From contig CAZJVU010000001.1 of the NCBI GenBank assembly GCA_964550035.1, positions 147,990 through 211,989 on the forward strand: DNA of 64,000 bases, written 5' to 3'. Below, in pieces: positions 45,393-55,772 of the stretch; the stretch's first letter is position 1; every line of letters begins with the position of its first letter. The stretch is from an uncultured Candidatus Saccharibacteria bacterium. Its GTDB lineage: Bacteria > Patescibacteriota > Saccharimonadia > Saccharimonadales > EFPC-124. The position numbers and the translations under genes are program-made. The notes under the pieces were generated by a model. It saw only the letters and a list, made by a program, of their open reading frames with translations. It did not search any database and was not told where the DNA came from.

Positions 45393-46331
45393 GTGGGAAT
45401 GAAGCAGTTAGAATTGAATGAAAAGGCAATCGGCGCAACGTCGCTGCTTGGTGGCGCCTTCGTGGTAAGTACTTTTGGGATTTGGGCAAGATTTGTATCG
45501 CCGATGTTTAGCGCGGTGGCTCAGACTGCAACTCGCTGCTTTCTTGCGGCGGCGATTATGGCAGGAGCAGTACTTATTGGCCGGAAAAAGCGACTGTCGT
45601 GGCGCGGTTATACCAAGAAACAATACGCCAAGATTATCGTGTTGGGACTGCTGACGTGCGGGCTGGCACTGCTCTTTACGTTCTCTGTTACGAGCACAAA
45701 GGTCGGTAATACATTTTCACTTATATACGCTGGAAGCATTCTTACTTCTTTTTGCGTGGGAGTGTTCTGGCTGCGCGAAAAGACATCGCTCTTGAAGGTA
45801 TGCGCGGTACTTGTTGCGCTTGCGGGGCTCGCTATGTATGGGATGGATCTTGTTGGCTTGAGCGTTGGGATTATCGCTGGTTTTGGCGCGGGAATCTGCG
45901 ACGGTTTATCAAACGTAGTACGGAAGCAGCTCCGGGAGGTCGATCGTGGCGCCGTTGTCACCTACCAGTATGCGATAGCGGGTGCGTGTACGCTGCCACT
46001 TCTCTTTATCGGAAGCCCAGGCGGCGCTATTAAAACGATAAGCCTCGGTGCTATCCTTGCGATGGTTTTGTATGCCATTGCCTCGCTCGTTTTTGGGAGA
46101 TTGTTGCTGCGGGGATTTAGTCATTTTGATGTGAACGTAGGCGGCGTTATCTTGGCGATGCAGATCTTTTTTGGCATGCTTCTTGGCCGCGTACTTTTTC
46201 ACGAAGTTCCTTCCCTTAATGAGCTAGTGGGGAGTTTGTTGATTTTCCTCGCGGTCATTGTAGCGATGAGCAGCGAGAGTTCTATGGTTTCCTCCTTTCG
46301 AAAAAAGATACGAAGCAAACTAGTAGGATAA
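45393..46331 (+). CDS. EamA/DMT-family transporter
   Basis: About 10 helices in a two-EamA-repeat layout. An extended -10 (TGCTATAAT) lies upstream. Confidence 0.75.
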   Translation: MGMKQLELNEKAIGATSLLGGAFVVSTFGIWARFVSPMFSAVAQTATRCFLAAAIMAGAVLIGRKKRLSWRGYTKKQYAKIIVLGLLTCGLALLFTFSVTSTKVGNTFSLIYAGSILTSFCVGVFWLREKTSLLKVCAVLVALAGLAMYGMDLVGLSVGIIAGFGAGICDGLSNVVRKQLREVDRGAVVTYQYAIAGACTLPLLFIGSPGGAIKTISLGAILAMVLYAIASLVFGRLLLRGFSHFDVNVGGVILAMQIFFGMLLGRVLFHEVPSLNELVGSLLIFLAVIVAMSSESSMVSSFRKKIRSKLVG

Positions 46332-46449
46332 ATTATTAAATCCGTGTAGAATATATCCTTGTGCTGCGTGCTATTATGGTCGCTCAATCGTAGCTTCTGC
46401 CAAGCGGCAGCACAAACGAATCTCAAAATTAATAAGTCGGGGGGCACTT

Positions 46450-46995
46450 ATGGATTTGAAACACTTACCGCGTAAAGCGGCTGGCGGATGCGTTATATCG
46501 CCATACGAATCAAAAATAGAAATTGGTGCGCAGAGCCAACGGCTGTCTCGAGCGATGGCTCAGGATACAGCTGGATGTTCGCACATTTCCGGCGGTCTCA
46601 TCATTATGCCGCCAAAAAAGATCGCTCGACCTCATATTCACAAAGACAACGAGATTGTCTTGTTCATCGTAGAGGGTTGGGGCGCAGCATTGGTTGGACC
46701 AGAAATGACACCCATATTCCATGGACCTGGTGATTTCCTGTACTTTCCGGCCGGCGTTGAGCATGTCGGGATTAACCTGAGCAGCACTGACCGCATCGTG
46801 CTGGCCGAGATCCGTACGGATCCTAAATTCAACGATGACGTTATCGTCCTTCCGGAACTCGAAGAAAAAGCTCACCAAGTTGCTGCCGAGCTCTGGGAAA
46901 AGTTTGAAAAGGGCGAGATAATCCCTGAGGCAAAAACAGAGAGCTCGGTCTTCAATTACGATCAGTCTAAAGAGCAATTTGCGGAGAGCCAATAG
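46450..46995 (+). CDS. Cupin-domain protein
   Basis: HIHKDNEIVLFIVEGWG ... GDFLYFPAGVEHVGIN matches cupin motifs 1 and 2. The start is uncertain. Confidence 0.65.
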   Translation: MDLKHLPRKAAGGCVISPYESKIEIGAQSQRLSRAMAQDTAGCSHISGGLIIMPPKKIARPHIHKDNEIVLFIVEGWGAALVGPEMTPIFHGPGDFLYFPAGVEHVGINLSSTDRIVLAEIRTDPKFNDDVIVLPELEEKAHQVAAELWEKFEKGEIIPEAKTESSVFNYDQSKEQFAESQ

Positions 46996-46996
46996 T

Positions 46997-47431
46997 ATGA
47001 AGCAAGCTCCTGATTTTACACTGCCGGACCAGCACGGCAAGGTGCACTCACTCAAAGATTATGCGGGTAAGTGGCTGGTACTCTACTTTTATCCGCAGGA
47101 CGAAACACCAGGTTGTACAGCAGAAGCCTGCATGTTCCGTGATGGGCGTAATGACCTAGTTGCGGCCGGTGCCGAAGTCGTGGGTATATCTTCTGACGAC
47201 GAGGCTTCGCACAAAAAGTTTGCCGATAATCACTCTCTCAACTTTACGATTCTTGCTGATCCAGAGCGGAATGTGATCAAGGCTTACGGCGCGTACGATG
47301 ACGCTGCTGACCGGACACTGCGCAATACGCTTTTAATCGATCCGCAAGGCAAGATTGTGAAGACATACGAGAGTGTGTCACCGGCTGGGCACGTCCAGCA
47401 GATTCTCGATGATCTTCACGATGTAGCGTAG
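46997..47431 (+). CDS. bcp: Thiol peroxidase Bcp / PrxQ-type peroxiredoxin
   Basis: APDFTLPDQHGKVHSLKDYAGKWLVLYFYPQDETPGCT. Confidence 0.85.
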   Translation: MKQAPDFTLPDQHGKVHSLKDYAGKWLVLYFYPQDETPGCTAEACMFRDGRNDLVAAGAEVVGISSDDEASHKKFADNHSLNFTILADPERNVIKAYGAYDDAADRTLRNTLLIDPQGKIVKTYESVSPAGHVQQILDDLHDVA

Positions 47432-47492
47432 CGGCCAGAGTTACGCACTAAGGCTGGCGGTCGGGAATCACTCCGGCGGCCAGCCTTTACTC

Positions 47493-48563
47493 GTGACGAT
47501 TGAGCCAGGGCAGTATTCGAACGGACAAACAAAACTTTGCATGAAAGGGTGGGACCAGATGCAACAATTAACGAGATTACATCTCAATGAGATTCCATTC
47601 GCGCCAAGTGGACATGTTATTAAAGAAATTCAGGAAGTAAGCGCTATCAGCAATCGCTATCCCGAGTGGGACGGTATGTCGCTGCGCAGTGCGCTAGGGC
47701 ACCACTACGGGTTCGACCCAAGTTGGATTGCGGTCGCGGGGACGGGGAGTATCGGGCTGATCCAACAGGCGATGATCACGGCAGGTGTCGGGGAGGTCGC
47801 GTACTGTTGGCCAACATTTGAGGCTTTCGATATCGCCGCCAAGGCGCTCCGGATGCCAATCACGCACGTGGCTCTGAAGGATTATGCATGCGACCTCGAT
47901 ACGCTTGCGACTGCGATCGGTCCACACACGAGCATGCTTATCGTGTGTACGCCGAATGCGCCAACGGGTGGGATCGTGACGCAGAAGGCATTTGATGATT
48001 TTATGGCGCGCGTACCAGAGCATGTTATGGTGGTGCTCGACGAAGCGTATGGTGAGTTTGTCGACGATCCTACGGCGGTCGATGGCTTCGCCGCAACGAG
48101 AAACTATTCCAACCTGCTGCTTACGCGAACCTTTTCAAAGGCGTATGGCTTGGCTGGCATCCGCGTGGGGTACGGGATCGCACAGCCCGAGCTGGCCGAA
48201 CGAGTTCGCAGTGCTGGACTGCCATTTCCTGTGCCGGCACCATTTCAGGCGGCAGCGATTAAAGCGCTCCAAGATCAAGATAAGCTCCGCGATACGATCA
48301 GCAAAATTAGCAGCGAAAGAGCCCACTTGGCGGGCGAGCTTCGCAAGCAAGGTGCGGAAGTTATTGAGGGTTTTGGCAACTACGTATGGTTGCCCCTGGA
48401 GCGCGCGGCTGAGAAAGTCGTGCACCTTTTGAAGCAAGAAGGCGTACTCGCCAAGGCAGTCATTGGTCATGGTGTACGTATAACGGTTGGCACGGCAGAA
48501 GATACAGCGTCAGCACTCGAGGCATGGCGGCGCGCAGATATCGCCGGTGCGCTTGAAGAGTGA
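47493..48563 (+). CDS. hisC: Histidinol-phosphate aminotransferase-like class II aminotransferase
   Basis: TFSKAYGLAGIRVGYG lysine motif. The true start is probably downstream (MQQLTRLHLNE). Confidence 0.75.
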   Translation: MTIEPGQYSNGQTKLCMKGWDQMQQLTRLHLNEIPFAPSGHVIKEIQEVSAISNRYPEWDGMSLRSALGHHYGFDPSWIAVAGTGSIGLIQQAMITAGVGEVAYCWPTFEAFDIAAKALRMPITHVALKDYACDLDTLATAIGPHTSMLIVCTPNAPTGGIVTQKAFDDFMARVPEHVMVVLDEAYGEFVDDPTAVDGFAATRNYSNLLLTRTFSKAYGLAGIRVGYGIAQPELAERVRSAGLPFPVPAPFQAAAIKALQDQDKLRDTISKISSERAHLAGELRKQGAEVIEGFGNYVWLPLERAAEKVVHLLKQEGVLAKAVIGHGVRITVGTAEDTASALEAWRRADIAGALEE

Positions 48564-48638
48564 GCTGGGGTCATTGACTGGCGTTGAGCAATATACTATC
48601 GTAATGTATCTGAGGCTACACGACGAAAGGTAACGAAA

Positions 48639-48965
48639 GTGTCCACTCAGCAGGAAGTCGCCGCTAAACTGGTGGCGCAGATGCGTAACGTTGGCATTCC
48701 CGCCGACGACGCTTTCTTCGCGCGGATACAGGCGAAGCTCAGCGACGAGAGGCAGTACGCTGCCATCATGGCGGATCCAGAGCAGATCGTCACCGCGGTC
48801 TGCTATGCGTGGATTGTCGCCAACCGGGTCAGTAGGTTGCCATCCGGCGTTGACCTGTGGCCATTCATCGAGGTCATCACCCCAGCCGAACTGGTATCGC
48901 TGACGGCAGGTTTCTGGCGGTTGGTACGAGGAGCCGCGAGGGAGATGGATAAAGAAGGACTTTGA
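48639..48965 (+). CDS. Hypothetical protein (moderately GC-rich cassette P)
   Basis: 108-aa ORF with a GTG start. It is followed by a GC-rich imperfect hairpin at about 48990-49025 (GGGCGGCGGCGGG ... CCCTCCGCCGCCGC). Confidence 0.45.
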   Translation: MSTQQEVAAKLVAQMRNVGIPADDAFFARIQAKLSDERQYAAIMADPEQIVTAVCYAWIVANRVSRLPSGVDLWPFIEVITPAELVSLTAGFWRLVRGAAREMDKEGL

Positions 48966-49052
48966 GGCTGGGCAGCCTCTTCGTTCCGTGGGCGGCGGCG
49001 GGCTACTGTAGCCCTCCGCCGCCGCTCTTCATAACGATGGTATAGTAGGAGC

Positions 49053-49595
49053 ATGGACGATGTAACCCAAGAACTTATAGAGATGGCTCGTGCCGACCAG
49101 GCGTATCGCAGCCAATGGTTCGAGAAACGCGACGATCCTGAGTATATCGCGGGTAGACAACGAATAGATAAGGCCCATGCTGCTCGGCTTCAAGAGATTA
49201 TGCGTACATACGGCTGGCCGAGTAAGAAGCAAGTCGGGGCCGAGGCCTCGCACGCGGCGTGGATTCTGGTGCAGCACGCTGATCTTGAGTTTCAGGACTA
49301 TTGCCTGAAACTTTTGGATAACCTGTCTGCAGAAGAAAACGACCCCAGGCAGCGTGCGTATCTTATCGATAAAATACGGCTAAGGCGCGACCAGCCACAA
49401 CTCTATGGCACCCAATATGTTAAGCAGGACGACGACCTTGTGCTCTACGACGTTGAGGATCCGGAAGAGCTTGATGAACGCCGCCGACAGGTGGGCTTAC
49501 CGCCGGCGAGCTATCATTACGATTTTGAGGCTGCCAAACGGGCGGATGAAAACGGGACGGCTTTTAGCTCTCTAGGTGGCTGGGCAAGCGAGTGA
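49053..49595 (+). CDS. Hypothetical protein (resembles the DUF6624 family from memory)
   Basis: 180-aa helical ORF with backbone-like composition. The family call is weak. Confidence 0.5.
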   Translation: MDDVTQELIEMARADQAYRSQWFEKRDDPEYIAGRQRIDKAHAARLQEIMRTYGWPSKKQVGAEASHAAWILVQHADLEFQDYCLKLLDNLSAEENDPRQRAYLIDKIRLRRDQPQLYGTQYVKQDDDLVLYDVEDPEELDERRRQVGLPPASYHYDFEAAKRADENGTAFSSLGGWASE

Positions 49596-50280
49596 GACGC
49601 TCGGCAACATAGTCATATTCTCGCTGGAAATCCTGTATGTCGGTTGGACCGAAGCTCTCGAGGATGATCGGCGCGTCGGTCTTGACGGCCGTAATAATGT
49701 CGTCTTGGTGAGTGAGGTGCAGCTTGGTGTGCGGCTGCTTGGCGTCTTTAAAGCCGCTGATGTGATAGTGCCCTGGCGCCCCAAGCTGCTGGTAGAATTC
49801 CGCCACAGGTGCAAGCGTGGGGTCGTTCGTAAATACATGGTTGATATCAAATGTCCAGCGGGTGGTGGGGTACTCGCTCTTCACGAGTGCGAGGTCGGCT
49901 GGGGTTCTGCCAAAGGGCTTGAAGCGGTCCATGTTTTCGAATGATGCCAGCTCGCCGAAGTATTCCGCCAGCCAATCCCAGTGGTCCATAGTGTACGGGT
50001 GAATCGTGAGAGCATGGGCGTCAACGCGTTCGGCAAGCGTCCGAAAGTACGCCAGAGCTTCAGCGTCGTCGGTGGAATTATGAAAATCCGAGGTGTGGAG
50101 GGAGCGGTAGCTAAACTGGCTGATGAGATTGAGAAGCTCCGGGTCATCAAGCGGACGCCGGGCTGGCGCCTGGATTTCGATCGCGCTGCAGCCTGCGGCG
50201 AGCATGGTGCGAAGGAGCGTGCGGTAGAATGCCCTATCATGCTCCGCTGAGTATATGACTGAGAAGCCCAGTTGGTTCAT
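49564..50280 (-). CDS. Xylose-isomerase-like TIM-barrel protein (sugar phosphate isomerase/epimerase family)
   Basis: 238 aa with an alternating beta/alpha pattern and conserved His/Glu positions (IEIQ, HTSD, IHPY, DINH). Moderate confidence only. Confidence 0.45.
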   Translation of the reverse strand: MNQLGFSVIYSAEHDRAFYRTLLRTMLAAGCSAIEIQAPARRPLDDPELLNLISQFSYRSLHTSDFHNSTDDAEALAYFRTLAERVDAHALTIHPYTMDHWDWLAEYFGELASFENMDRFKPFGRTPADLALVKSEYPTTRWTFDINHVFTNDPTLAPVAEFYQQLGAPGHYHISGFKDAKQPHTKLHLTHQDDIITAVKTDAPIILESFGPTDIQDFQREYDYVAERLTRLPSHLES

Positions 50281-50312
50281 AGTCTCTATGGTAACACACG
50301 GATAATATGGTA

Positions 50313-50341
50313 TTGATAAATTTATGCTTTTATTTTATAAT
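50313..50341 (+). promoter_or_regulatory. Near-consensus promoter upstream of cassette K
   Basis: TTGATA-N17-TATAAT. Confidence 0.55.
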
Positions 50342-50402
50342 TTGTAATTGTGCCTACGGGCTCACAGTCCGATTTGTCTACGAGACCTAAAGGAGTGCCG
50401 CC

Positions 50403-51218
50403 ATGTGCGTCACAGCAGAAGAGGCCGAAATCTCGGGAACGCGGACCTACGTCTACGCCACCGACCTGGGCAACGGCCCGGTGCACGTCTGCGGATACCA
50501 GAACGTGGCGGAGTCGCGGGCGGGCGGGAACTGCATGTTCCTCAACTTCGCCGGCACAAACCTGAAGATGGTTCAGGGGCCGGAGCGCACCGAGAGCCTC
50601 ATGGACGACATGACCTCGGAGCTGCCGCTCCTGGTCCCGCCGCCCGCGCTGAGGAGCCGTAGCGGTTCGTTCGGCGGATGGCGCAGTGCCACTGTAGAGG
50701 AATACGGCGACTACACGGTCGTCCTGGCGCAGCAGCCGGAGGACATGCTCCTCGCGCTCCGTCAGGTGCCGGAGAGCCGTCGTCCCGAGCGGACCCCGCG
50801 GCTGGAGGAGATGATCAGCTTCTACATGTCGTTCTACCCGTGGGACAGCTTCGCCCTGCCGTGCTTCGACGGGGCGGTCGCACCCACGCACCCGATCACG
50901 GTGAGGTATACGCCGCGCGATCCCAGAGTCCTGACCATTCCCGGTCTGGACGCGCACGACGGCAATCTGCCGGTGCGCGGCGCGCCGGTCTACCGCGACT
51001 TCCGGGTGGCGTTCGGCGTCCAGGGCATGGACCTGCCGCACAAGGTCGACTACACCGACTCCGGTGTGGGTGCCCAACCGTGGGCGCCGGACAGTGTGGC
51101 CGGGTTCGTCGACAACCGCAAGGACGGCCCCAACGGCGAGTACGTCATGCCGATCAAGGCCCTCCGTCGAGGGTGGACCGGCAGCAAGCTGGCCAAGAGG
51201 CTGGTCGCCGCCGTGTAA
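50403..51218 (+). CDS. Hypothetical cytoplasmic protein (GC-rich cassette K)
   Basis: 271-aa ORF with AAGGAG 7 nt upstream. The product starts Met-Cys. Third positions are GC-rich, and the alternative frames are Arg-rich artefacts. Confidence 0.55.
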   Translation: MCVTAEEAEISGTRTYVYATDLGNGPVHVCGYQNVAESRAGGNCMFLNFAGTNLKMVQGPERTESLMDDMTSELPLLVPPPALRSRSGSFGGWRSATVEEYGDYTVVLAQQPEDMLLALRQVPESRRPERTPRLEEMISFYMSFYPWDSFALPCFDGAVAPTHPITVRYTPRDPRVLTIPGLDAHDGNLPVRGAPVYRDFRVAFGVQGMDLPHKVDYTDSGVGAQPWAPDSVAGFVDNRKDGPNGEYVMPIKALRRGWTGSKLAKRLVAAV

Positions 51219-51236
51219 GGCGGCAAGAAGGGATGC

Positions 51237-51273
51237 GGGTCTGGCTGGGCGAGATGATCGCCCAGCCAGACCC
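51237..51273 (+). terminator. Perfect 16-bp GC-rich hairpin after cassette K
   Basis: GGGTCTGGCTGGGCGA-gatga-TCGCCCAGCCAGACCC. Confidence 0.55.
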
Positions 51274-51293
51274 CTCCCAGCAACAGAACTTAT

Positions 51294-53216
51294 TTAGTAG
51301 ATGTACGTCGTATTGTTCTCGCCAAATGTTTCACGGAGGCGCTGAACAGATGCGCCATCGGTCACGATAAAGTAAGGGCGGTGTCGGTCGGCCGCCGCCT
51401 GGATGCAGGCCTTAATGACGGTGGTCAGCTGGTCTTGTTCGGCGGGCGCGCCGGTCCCGTACGTTTCGAGTGCAAAGATTCGCCCCGTGCAGGTGCCCGA
51501 AGCGGCTGAGCCGTCGGTCGTGTACTGCATGAGGTTAGCCCAGTTAACGACCGGTGCGTTGCCTGTTAATCGGCCGGTAGCTTCGTCATAACGTACGTGC
51601 GTCAGATTGGTACTGAGCTTTCCGGAGGTGCCAAGATCAGTGTAGCTACGGAGGGTTGGGGCCGTGGTTTTGGCGTTGTGGGCAAGCGTACCGAGGATGA
51701 TATGGGCTTGATTGAACGGATTTGCGGTCATGCCGGCGAGTCCTACGACGCCGACGATAACGGCGGTTGGGAGCGCAAGCCAGCGCTGGATGCTGGAGAT
51801 TTTGCTTTGATACAGAGCTACCGCCAGCACGACCGTAGCGACCGCAAGTGCGATGATCTCGAGGAGAAGTGAACTCTTGATAGCGTAATAGCGCAGCTCG
51901 CCGACGGTGAGGTATTGCAGGCAGACGAATGCGCCAACAAAGACAAAGAACGGCAGCAGCACATTACTGGCATATCGCCGCCACTCGTCGTTCACGCGCC
52001 CGCATAGCAGGTATACCATAAGTCCAAGTTCGGCTAGGAACGGTCCGTAGTGAAATATTTTGAGACCGCCAGTGGCATTGATGCCTTGCTCTGACGAAAG
52101 ATGGGCATACCTCAGGTGGAGATAGAGCGGCACGAGCTGCGCAACGAACGCGAGCGCCACCCAGCGCCACTCTCTGCTTACGAGCATGCGTGGTAGCGCA
52201 CGCATATTTTGAAAATGCGGCCAGAGGTACAAGATAGGAATAGTCAGCAGCGGAATCGTGAGTAGCGGCCCCCAGCTCATCGCGATGCCGAATGCTAAGA
52301 GCAGATACGCAATAACAGGCCACGGCGCCAGCCGTTTGTCGAGCTTGGCGTCATACAAATACATCACCGCCAACACCACGGCAGCACAGATGTAATAGTA
52401 GCTCAGGAACCCTTCTCGCAAGAAAACAAATAAATACACCAGAGACAGTATCGGCCCAATAGCGAGCGCAAGTAGCAGCGGTGAAGGCTTTTTCCGGAGA
52501 TGATCAACAAGCTGCGCTGCAAGATACAGCACGAGATATGCCAGAAATGCACCCCACGCAATAAACATACCCATATACGTGCGAGCATTCGCCGCCCAGT
52601 TTTGATCCGGCTGATTGGCATGCAGGCCATGCAGCAAGAACGCGCTGGCGAGGTGGAAGCCTTTGGGGTAATACTCGGCAGTGCGGTAGTTAAGGTGTTG
52701 CTCTTTACTCATCTCGGCGATGGCGGTGTAGTGGTTGGGCCCGTCCACGCCTTGCACGCTAGCGAGCGCTGCGATCTGCGCGGGGTCATTACGCCAGAAA
52801 CAGAGCACACCTAGTGGCAGCGCAAAGAATAGCGCCGCCACGATACCAGCGACGTCCACCCTTGTGAGGAGTATCCATGACTGGCGAGGTACATTCCGCA
52901 GCGACCAGACAAGGCCGGCGCTCGCCGCTGACGTCACAAAGCTTAGCAACGCAAACCGGCTGCCCGGTGCAACAAAAAACTGCACTGTTGCTGCCACTTG
53001 TATAAGGCTCAGAGCAAGCAAAAAAGCCGCCGCCAGTCGCGACAGCCAACTTCGAAATATCCGCGGATAGGGCAGGCCAACCGCCAGAAAGAACACGAGC
53101 GCAAGCACGTAAATGATACTGACCCCTGCCCACCAAAACACATGCCCCAGAAGAAGGACACCGAGACCCACGATGATTCGCCGGTCAATCAAAGCGAATG
53201 TTCTAGAAGCGGTCAT
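51294..53216 (-). CDS. Large polytopic membrane protein, possibly a GT-C-type glycosyltransferase
   Basis: 640 aa. More than 12 helices, then a soluble C-terminal domain. The function call is weak. Confidence 0.55.
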   Translation of the reverse strand: MTASRTFALIDRRIIVGLGVLLLGHVFWWAGVSIIYVLALVFFLAVGLPYPRIFRSWLSRLAAAFLLALSLIQVAATVQFFVAPGSRFALLSFVTSAASAGLVWSLRNVPRQSWILLTRVDVAGIVAALFFALPLGVLCFWRNDPAQIAALASVQGVDGPNHYTAIAEMSKEQHLNYRTAEYYPKGFHLASAFLLHGLHANQPDQNWAANARTYMGMFIAWGAFLAYLVLYLAAQLVDHLRKKPSPLLLALAIGPILSLVYLFVFLREGFLSYYYICAAVVLAVMYLYDAKLDKRLAPWPVIAYLLLAFGIAMSWGPLLTIPLLTIPILYLWPHFQNMRALPRMLVSREWRWVALAFVAQLVPLYLHLRYAHLSSEQGINATGGLKIFHYGPFLAELGLMVYLLCGRVNDEWRRYASNVLLPFFVFVGAFVCLQYLTVGELRYYAIKSSLLLEIIALAVATVVLAVALYQSKISSIQRWLALPTAVIVGVVGLAGMTANPFNQAHIILGTLAHNAKTTAPTLRSYTDLGTSGKLSTNLTHVRYDEATGRLTGNAPVVNWANLMQYTTDGSAASGTCTGRIFALETYGTGAPAEQDQLTTVIKACIQAAADRHRPYFIVTDGASVQRLRETFGENNTTYIY

Positions 53217-53233
53217 TCTGGACGTAGTATATA

Positions 53234-54319
53234 TTATTTGGCGTGCTGCTTCACGAATTCGACCATCCGCGTCAGCGCGTTTTGTCCGTCGGCGTTATCG
53301 AGAACAAACTGGTACTCGTGATTGAGTTTTGGCTGATGCTCGGGTGTATAGAATAGCGTGTCGGTTGGAACGTTCAGGTCTTTGAGCCGCTGCGCTAGCT
53401 CGGTGGACTGGGCGAGCAGCGGGTCGACGTTGCCGGCCGTAATAAAGCTTGGCGGGAATTTGTCGGTCAGGTAGTTAGCGACCGAGGCGGTCTTGAGGCG
53501 TGGGTCATGCAGAAAATCTTTGGTGCCAGAGTACGCCCACAAGACAGTGTTGAGGAAGCTGCCGAATTCGCCGTTGTAGTCGGGGAGTGCAAGGTCGTAG
53601 GCGCCGCAGTTGAGCAGAAGGCCTTTGAGTCTGTCGGGTGAAAGGTTCGGTTGAATGCCGATTTCGTTAGCGTACTTTTGGCTGGTGATAATGTTGGCCA
53701 TCTGAGCGACGATTTGCGATCCGGCTGAGTCGCCTGCCATTACGATGTTGTGGTCGTCGACATGGAGCCGCTTGGCGTTGCCGTCTTGCTGGAGGTAGCT
53801 CAGCGCTTCGTTGAGCTGGATGATTGGCGTGGGGTATTGTTTCTCTGGTGCAATGGTGTAGTTGACGCTTACAGCCGTAAAGCCATGACCGGCCAAGATT
53901 TTCATATAATTATCAACCTGATCTTTATTGCCGGAGACCCAGCCGCCGCCGTGCACCCATACGATAGTTGGCAGCTGCGTTGTCGTATTATCTGGGTAGA
54001 ACACGTCGAGTCGTGCGTCTTTGTCGCCGCTATGGTAGGATTGGTTTTCGATTTGCGTGATATGTGGCGGAACGTACTTCTCGAGCGCCGCCGATACCTT
54101 ATCTGCGCCTTTGGTGAATTCGTCTCGGATGAGGAGCGAGCTAGGCCACGGACTAACCTGGAACGCAATCCAAATAAGCCCGGCAAGAACTATGAGTGGC
54201 AGCACTATACCGCCGATCCATTTCCAGAGGCGACGATGGCGCACGAAGAGAAAATGATGGGTTGATTTTGCTTGCGGAGATGATTTCTTTTTGGTGTTTT
54301 TGGATGAGCTCATGATCAC
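53234..54319 (-). CDS. Membrane-anchored alpha/beta hydrolase (HSL-type esterase/lipase)
   Basis: HGGGW oxyanion motif and GDSAG nucleophile elbow. Confidence 0.8.
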   Translation of the reverse strand: MIMSSSKNTKKKSSPQAKSTHHFLFVRHRRLWKWIGGIVLPLIVLAGLIWIAFQVSPWPSSLLIRDEFTKGADKVSAALEKYVPPHITQIENQSYHSGDKDARLDVFYPDNTTTQLPTIVWVHGGGWVSGNKDQVDNYMKILAGHGFTAVSVNYTIAPEKQYPTPIIQLNEALSYLQQDGNAKRLHVDDHNIVMAGDSAGSQIVAQMANIITSQKYANEIGIQPNLSPDRLKGLLLNCGAYDLALPDYNGEFGSFLNTVLWAYSGTKDFLHDPRLKTASVANYLTDKFPPSFITAGNVDPLLAQSTELAQRLKDLNVPTDTLFYTPEHQPKLNHEYQFVLDNADGQNALTRMVEFVKQHAK

Positions 54320-54348
54320 TCACTAGTTAGTAATTTAAAGATACCATT

Positions 54349-55425
54349 CTAGCTGGCTTGAGGCAATTGTTGGCTGCGGGGTATGACGCCATCGATCGAG
54401 CCTGAACGGCGAACGGCATGTTGGCCGGGCCGCGGGACTGGTTGAAGCTTGGGGGGCTGGCGTACGATGTCGGCTTGTATTGGGCGCGCAGACTGCACTG
54501 GCCGAACACGAGGGGCGGCGATATCCATGACGGGGCGAACGCGCGGAGCTGGGCTGCGCGCCGCGACTGTTGCTTGCGGAGATGATGCGTGTGACGTGAG
54601 TGGTCGGTTGATCGGCGTCGGCTGTGCGGCGAGGTGGATTTGAGCGCTTGATTGAACGACTTTGCGATCCCGCTTGGTGCGGTTCTGGAGCCACACAAGC
54701 AGCACGCCAATCTGATACATCAGTATAATTGGCACCGCCAAGATAGCTTGGTTAGTGACGTCCGGCGTTGGCGAAATAACCGCAGCCACGATAAACGCTC
54801 CGAGCACAACAAACCGCTGGAAGCCCATGAGTTTCTTAGGCGGGATCGGCTTGATGGTGTTAATGATCATGAGTATCAACGGAATCTGGAAGAGCGCCGC
54901 AAACCCAAGCACATACGTGATTATAAAATTAAGATATGAATCAACCGTCAACATAGCCGTAACGTTCTGAATATTGAACCCAGTCAAGAAATGAAGCGCT
55001 GCAGGCAGACTGCCAAAGTAGGCGAAACATGCACCACCTATCGCCAAAAAGAACGACGCTATTATATAGAAGACAACGGAGCGTTTACGCTTTACGGGCA
55101 TAAGCGGCTCGAGGAACCGATACAGATGATATATAATGACAGGCAAAATAACACCGAGCCCAAAGTAGAGTGATACTTTAAATAAGAAATTAAAGCCACC
55201 TATCGGCGTCAGATAGACGAGTCGCTGCCCACCCAGCGGATGCATTAAGACGTGCATAATTTGGTCTTGGATAAGATAGCTCGCCGATCCCGCCAGGATC
55301 AGTGCCAAAACTATCCAGAACAATCTGGCGCGTAACTCATGCAGATGATCAATGAGTGTCTGCTGGCGTGCGTGAACGGTCTGGTTAGGACTTGTTGGTG
55401 CCGGTTGAGTTTTTGCTGTCATCAC
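54349..55425 (-). CDS. tatC: Twin-arginine translocase subunit TatC with a roughly 100-aa C-terminal extension
   Basis: The N-terminus [19 protein letters not shown] and six helices are typical of TatC. The tail is Pro/Arg/Gln-rich, with APRVRPV occurring twice. Confidence 0.85.
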   Translation of the reverse strand: MMTAKTQPAPTSPNQTVHARQQTLIDHLHELRARLFWIVLALILAGSASYLIQDQIMHVLMHPLGGQRLVYLTPIGGFNFLFKVSLYFGLGVILPVIIYHLYRFLEPLMPVKRKRSVVFYIIASFFLAIGGACFAYFGSLPAALHFLTGFNIQNVTAMLTVDSYLNFIITYVLGFAALFQIPLILMIINTIKPIPPKKLMGFQRFVVLGAFIVAAVISPTPDVTNQAILAVPIILMYQIGVLLVWLQNRTKRDRKVVQSSAQIHLAAQPTPINRPLTSHASSPQATVAARSPAPRVRPVMDIAAPRVRPVQSARPIQADIVRQPPKLQPVPRPGQHAVRRSGSIDGVIPRSQQLPQAS

Positions 55426-55588
55426 TCAAACCTTCGTTCACACCCTTGCGGATCTCTTTGACTGATGTACCTAAGCTGCGAGCGAGCTCAGGAAGCTTCT
55501 TTGCGCCGAATAAGAGCAGCACGATAACGAGAATAACCAGTAACTCTGGCGTGCCGATCCCAAAGATTTCTGCGGCATTTGTGACCAT
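55385..55588 (-). CDS. tatA: Twin-arginine translocase subunit TatA/E
   Basis: [32 protein letters not shown]. Confidence 0.85.
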   Translation of the reverse strand: MVTNAAEIFGIGTPELLVILVIVLLLFGAKKLPELARSLGTSVKEIRKGVNEGLSDDSKNSTGTNKS

Positions 55589-55772
55589 ATAGATTTCCCT
55601 CTCTCTTCACATAGTAATTATGCTTCTTTAAGCTTAAAGCGTGTAGCCTATAATAGCAAGTAGTGCCACTTATGAAAAAATAATTGTCCACCCCTGTAAT
55701 AATAAGTTGCATTAAAGTGCCTATGCTTGGTATGATGAGCCCATAATCAAAAAATCTTAGGGAAATAAAAAA

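Noticed and set aside
50322-51370. Alternative-frame ORFs overlapping cassette K (50322..51077 minus, 50678..51370 plus)
   Set aside because: Same reasoning as above. These are Arg-rich shadow frames, whereas the 50403..51218 frame has the SD and a G/C-saturated third position.
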